Shown: in pieces, positions 47,079 to 48,790 of the stretch
Numbering within the stretch: position 1 is the stretch's first letter
Layout of the letters: every line of letters starts with the position of its first letter
From: a virus
Lineage: Duplodnaviria > Caudoviricetes
DNA: 48,790 nt
Virus record (IMG/VR): IMGVR_UViG_3300022187_000048
Coordinates: 1-48,790 of that record
Strand: one strand, 5' to 3'
The notes under the pieces: generated by a model
Seen by the model: the letters and a program-made list of their open reading frames with translations, nothing else
Database searches by the model: none
What the model was told of the DNA's origin: nothing
Program-made: the position numbers and the translations under genes

Positions 47079-47443
47079 GCCGCCTTCTCCACGTGTACAC
47101 GCACAAAGTGGTTGCGTGGGGTTAGCTTCACGACATTGTCCTTGCCGCGCACTTCTACGTAGGTAAGCCCAGCCTCATGCTTAAAGGTGATGGTGTCGCC
47201 CACTGAAACGTGCTTCTTGATGTCCTTGATGGACATGAGCTTGTCTCCGCGAGGTCTACGGTACAAACGTATCTCCGTGGCAGTATCGTCCTCGAACACG
47301 GCTGGGACAGTAGTCTTTTCGCCGTTCTCTAGGTCGCAAAAGGTCGTAGTTAGATACTTTTTGGCGAAGTCTACCACCGACTTATTAGCGTCAATAATGG
47401 ACTTGTTCAGCATACGCTGAGTGATAACGATCTTGGCTTCCAT
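47075..47443 (-). CDS. Hypothetical protein, possible B3/EcoRII-N-like pseudobarrel domain
   Basis: ITQRMLNKSIIDA...LYRRPRGD..SIKDIKK.VSVGD.I. Confidence 0.6.
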   Translation of the reverse strand: MEAKIVITQRMLNKSIIDANKSVVDFAKKYLTTTFCDLENGEKTTVPAVFEDDTATEIRLYRRPRGDKLMSIKDIKKHVSVGDTITFKHEAGLTYVEVRGKDNVVKLTPRNHFVRVHVEKAA

Positions 47444-47607
47444 TACTTACGCACCTCCCCCAAGTTGGCTACGATAGCCTTGTAGATACTGATCTCCGTG
47501 CGGTTAAGTCCGACGAAGCAAGTCGGGTACTTACGTCCATACTCCATGACCTTACGAGCATTTGGTATAGTCATGTCTTCGAGGTAGTTATTTATTAGCT
47601 TCAACAT
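47443..47607 (-). CDS. 54-aa hypothetical protein, first gene of integrase operon
   Basis: AAAGGA RBS before ATG 47607; TAATG coupling to the next gene. Confidence 0.7.
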   Translation of the reverse strand: MLKLINNYLEDMTIPNARKVMEYGRKYPTCFVGLNRTEISIYKAIVANLGEVRK

Positions 47608-47639
47608 AGATTGGTCCTTTCTAATTGTTGATGTACAGC

Positions 47640-47669
47640 ATTTTATAGTGGAGTTAACAGGTCGGTCAA
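47640..47669 (-). promoter_or_regulatory. Promoter of integrase operon
   Basis: TTGACC then TATAAA (N16) or TAAAAT (N18); CCTGTTAACT repeats in the spacer and upstream of -35. Confidence 0.6.
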
Positions 47670-47686
47670 CTAAAAAGTTAACAGGC

Positions 47687-47712
47687 ATAAAAAAAGACCG
47701 CCGAAGCGATCT
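47687..47712 (-). terminator. Intrinsic terminator
   Basis: AGAUCGC-UUCG-GCGGUCU followed by UUUUUUAU. Confidence 0.85.
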
Positions 47713-47983
47713 AATTTCCCTGCGCGAACAAGTGTATGCTTACTTACGTAATTGGACCGTAGTTATGATCTCCCAGCCGTATGCCTCTGGCTCACTGTCT
47801 GTAGCCATGTGTATTGCCGTATCCGATTCTGGTAGGTAAACAACACTATAGTCTTTGCCCTCTTTCTGCGCAGCTTTGGTAGCATTATAGAGCGCATCTT
47901 TAATGTCAGTTATTAGATTAGTCATATTTTATTGGCTCCTTTGCTGTTTTGATTTGAAAAAAATTTCCCTGCGCGAACAAGTG
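47713..47983. repeat. 22-bp perfect direct repeat flanking a small gene
   Basis: AATTTCCCTGCGCGAACAAGTG at 47713-47734 and 47962-47983. Confidence 0.9.
47740..47925 (-). CDS. 61-aa hypothetical protein
   Basis: AAGGAG RBS, own terminator, bracketed by direct repeats. Confidence 0.7.
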   Translation of the reverse strand: MTNLITDIKDALYNATKAAQKEGKDYSVVYLPESDTAIHMATDSEPEAYGWEIITTVQLRK

Positions 47984-48124
47984 AATACTTGTCTATAGCA
48001 GTCTAAATGTGAGATCAACATAAAATTTACCTGTCTCCTGCCGCTCGTCGCAGTTTTTTGCTCGTCGCAGATAATGCAGATTTCCTGAGTGTTTTTCTAT
48101 GGAATTTGTTACATCATTTAATTG

Positions 48125-48153
48125 TGGACTTATTTACGTCACTAATGTAGACT
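48125..48153 (+). promoter_or_regulatory. Putative early promoter
   Basis: TGGACT-N17-TAGACT upstream of a leader hairpin and RBS. Confidence 0.55.
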
Positions 48154-48206
48154 TCGAACAGTCGCCACCAGTGCGGCTCGATAACAACCAACGAACAGGA
48201 GTTCAC

Positions 48207-48416
48207 ATGACATTAATAGCAAACTACCCGTCCAAAAAAGTGATGAAAGAAAACATCGGTCAGCGTCTGAAGTATATTGAGACCTCATTATTCGGCCCTG
48301 AGTATCAGGCCAATGGGACACTGACAGTATGCAACCGCCCACATATCACAGGCCAAGGCCGTGAGTGGTTCGGACAAGTCACTATGAAGGACGGCAAAAT
48401 CACGGCGGTAAAGTGA
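48207..48416 (+). CDS. 69-aa conserved hypothetical early protein
   Basis: AGGAG RBS before ATG 48207; YPSKK..KE.IG..L.YIETSLFGPEY motif. Confidence 0.8.
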   Translation: MTLIANYPSKKVMKENIGQRLKYIETSLFGPEYQANGTLTVCNRPHITGQGREWFGQVTMKDGKITAVK

Positions 48417-48487
48417 TCCGCTACGGTCTCCTTCTATATGGGGGGCTTTCACTCTGGCTCGATATTCTGAGCTTTTTATTCAACTAG
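48413..48487 (+). CDS. Possible 24-aa hydrophobic peptide (MIRYGLLLYGGLSLWLDILSFLFN)
   Basis: GTGA overlap with the upstream stop; fills the gap to the next RBS. Confidence 0.4.
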   Translation: MIRYGLLLYGGLSLWLDILSFLFN

Positions 48488-48504
48488 GTATAAGGACCAA
48501 TCAA

Positions 48505-48790
48505 ATGCCTTTAGATTTTACAACAATTAACCGCAACATCGACATCCCAACATCACTCAACTTTGACCCAGTCTATGAGCCATCGCGCATGGCTGGTCAT
48601 AAGTTCGTGATTAATCCCATCACTGGCGAGGCAATGGGCCACGTTGGCGAGGGCTTCAAGTGCGCGTCACACGCTGACTTCTTCAATGGGGTCTGGGACC
48701 AAGTGACCGAGAACCTGCAAGGGGATGACATCGTTGGCGCAGAGGTTCGCTTTAAGTCAGGCCGCATGGGTGGGTTCGCTCTCATGGATG
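48505..48790 (+). CDS. DUF932-family protein, 5' part (runs off window)
   Basis: AAGGA RBS; MPLDF...KFVINPITGEAMGHVGEGFKCASHADFF resembles the DUF932 N-terminus. Confidence 0.7.
   Translation, partial: MPLDFTTINRNIDIPTSLNFDPVYEPSRMAGHKFVINPITGEAMGHVGEGFKCASHADFFNGVWDQVTENLQGDDIVGAEVRFKSGRMGGFALMD

Noticed and set aside
47931-47940. GGAGCCAAU RBS of the 61-aa gene, and GGACCAA hits at ~1542, ~5673 and ~25679, as sRNA targets
   Set aside because: They need a bulge or are only 7-nt matches inside genes, within chance expectation, so they were not counted.
48193-48204. GAAC-N4-GTTC LexA-like box
   Set aside because: This is the Gram-positive box, not the alphaproteobacterial GTTC-N7-GTTC; single copy coinciding with an RBS.

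Overview
This window is most of the genome of a marine podovirus of the HMO-2011 type, probably infecting a roseobacter or related alphaproteobacterium. The + strand arm (1-35100) carries packaging, capsid, tail, three tail-fibre/partner cassettes, a GNAT acetyltransferase, a lysis cassette and internal virion proteins. The convergent - strand arm (35233-47925) carries class II RNR, MazG-like, DUF3310, resolvase, exonuclease, SSB, family A DNA polymerase with a DnaJ-type zinc-finger insertion, helicase, primase and a tyrosine integrase. An attP-like 3' half of tRNA-Asn(GTT) lies at 44971-45015, and a divergent early operon (DUF932) starts at the right end. No RNA polymerase or CI-like repressor is recognisable. 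The best candidate for an undescribed system is a ~72-nt small RNA on the - strand between the two arms (35101-35174). It has its own promoter and terminator and two seed segments complementary to the translation-initiation regions of five phage genes: helicase, primase, the first gene of the integrase operon and two early genes. This suggests a multi-target antisense repressor. Other signals are a recurrent 16-bp palindromic operator at promoters of both arms, a repeated AUAC internal-loop RNA motif in the scaffold and capsid leaders, and a putative ejected methyltransferase plus glycosylase-like protein. All family assignments are by eye from motifs and gene order; no searches were run.
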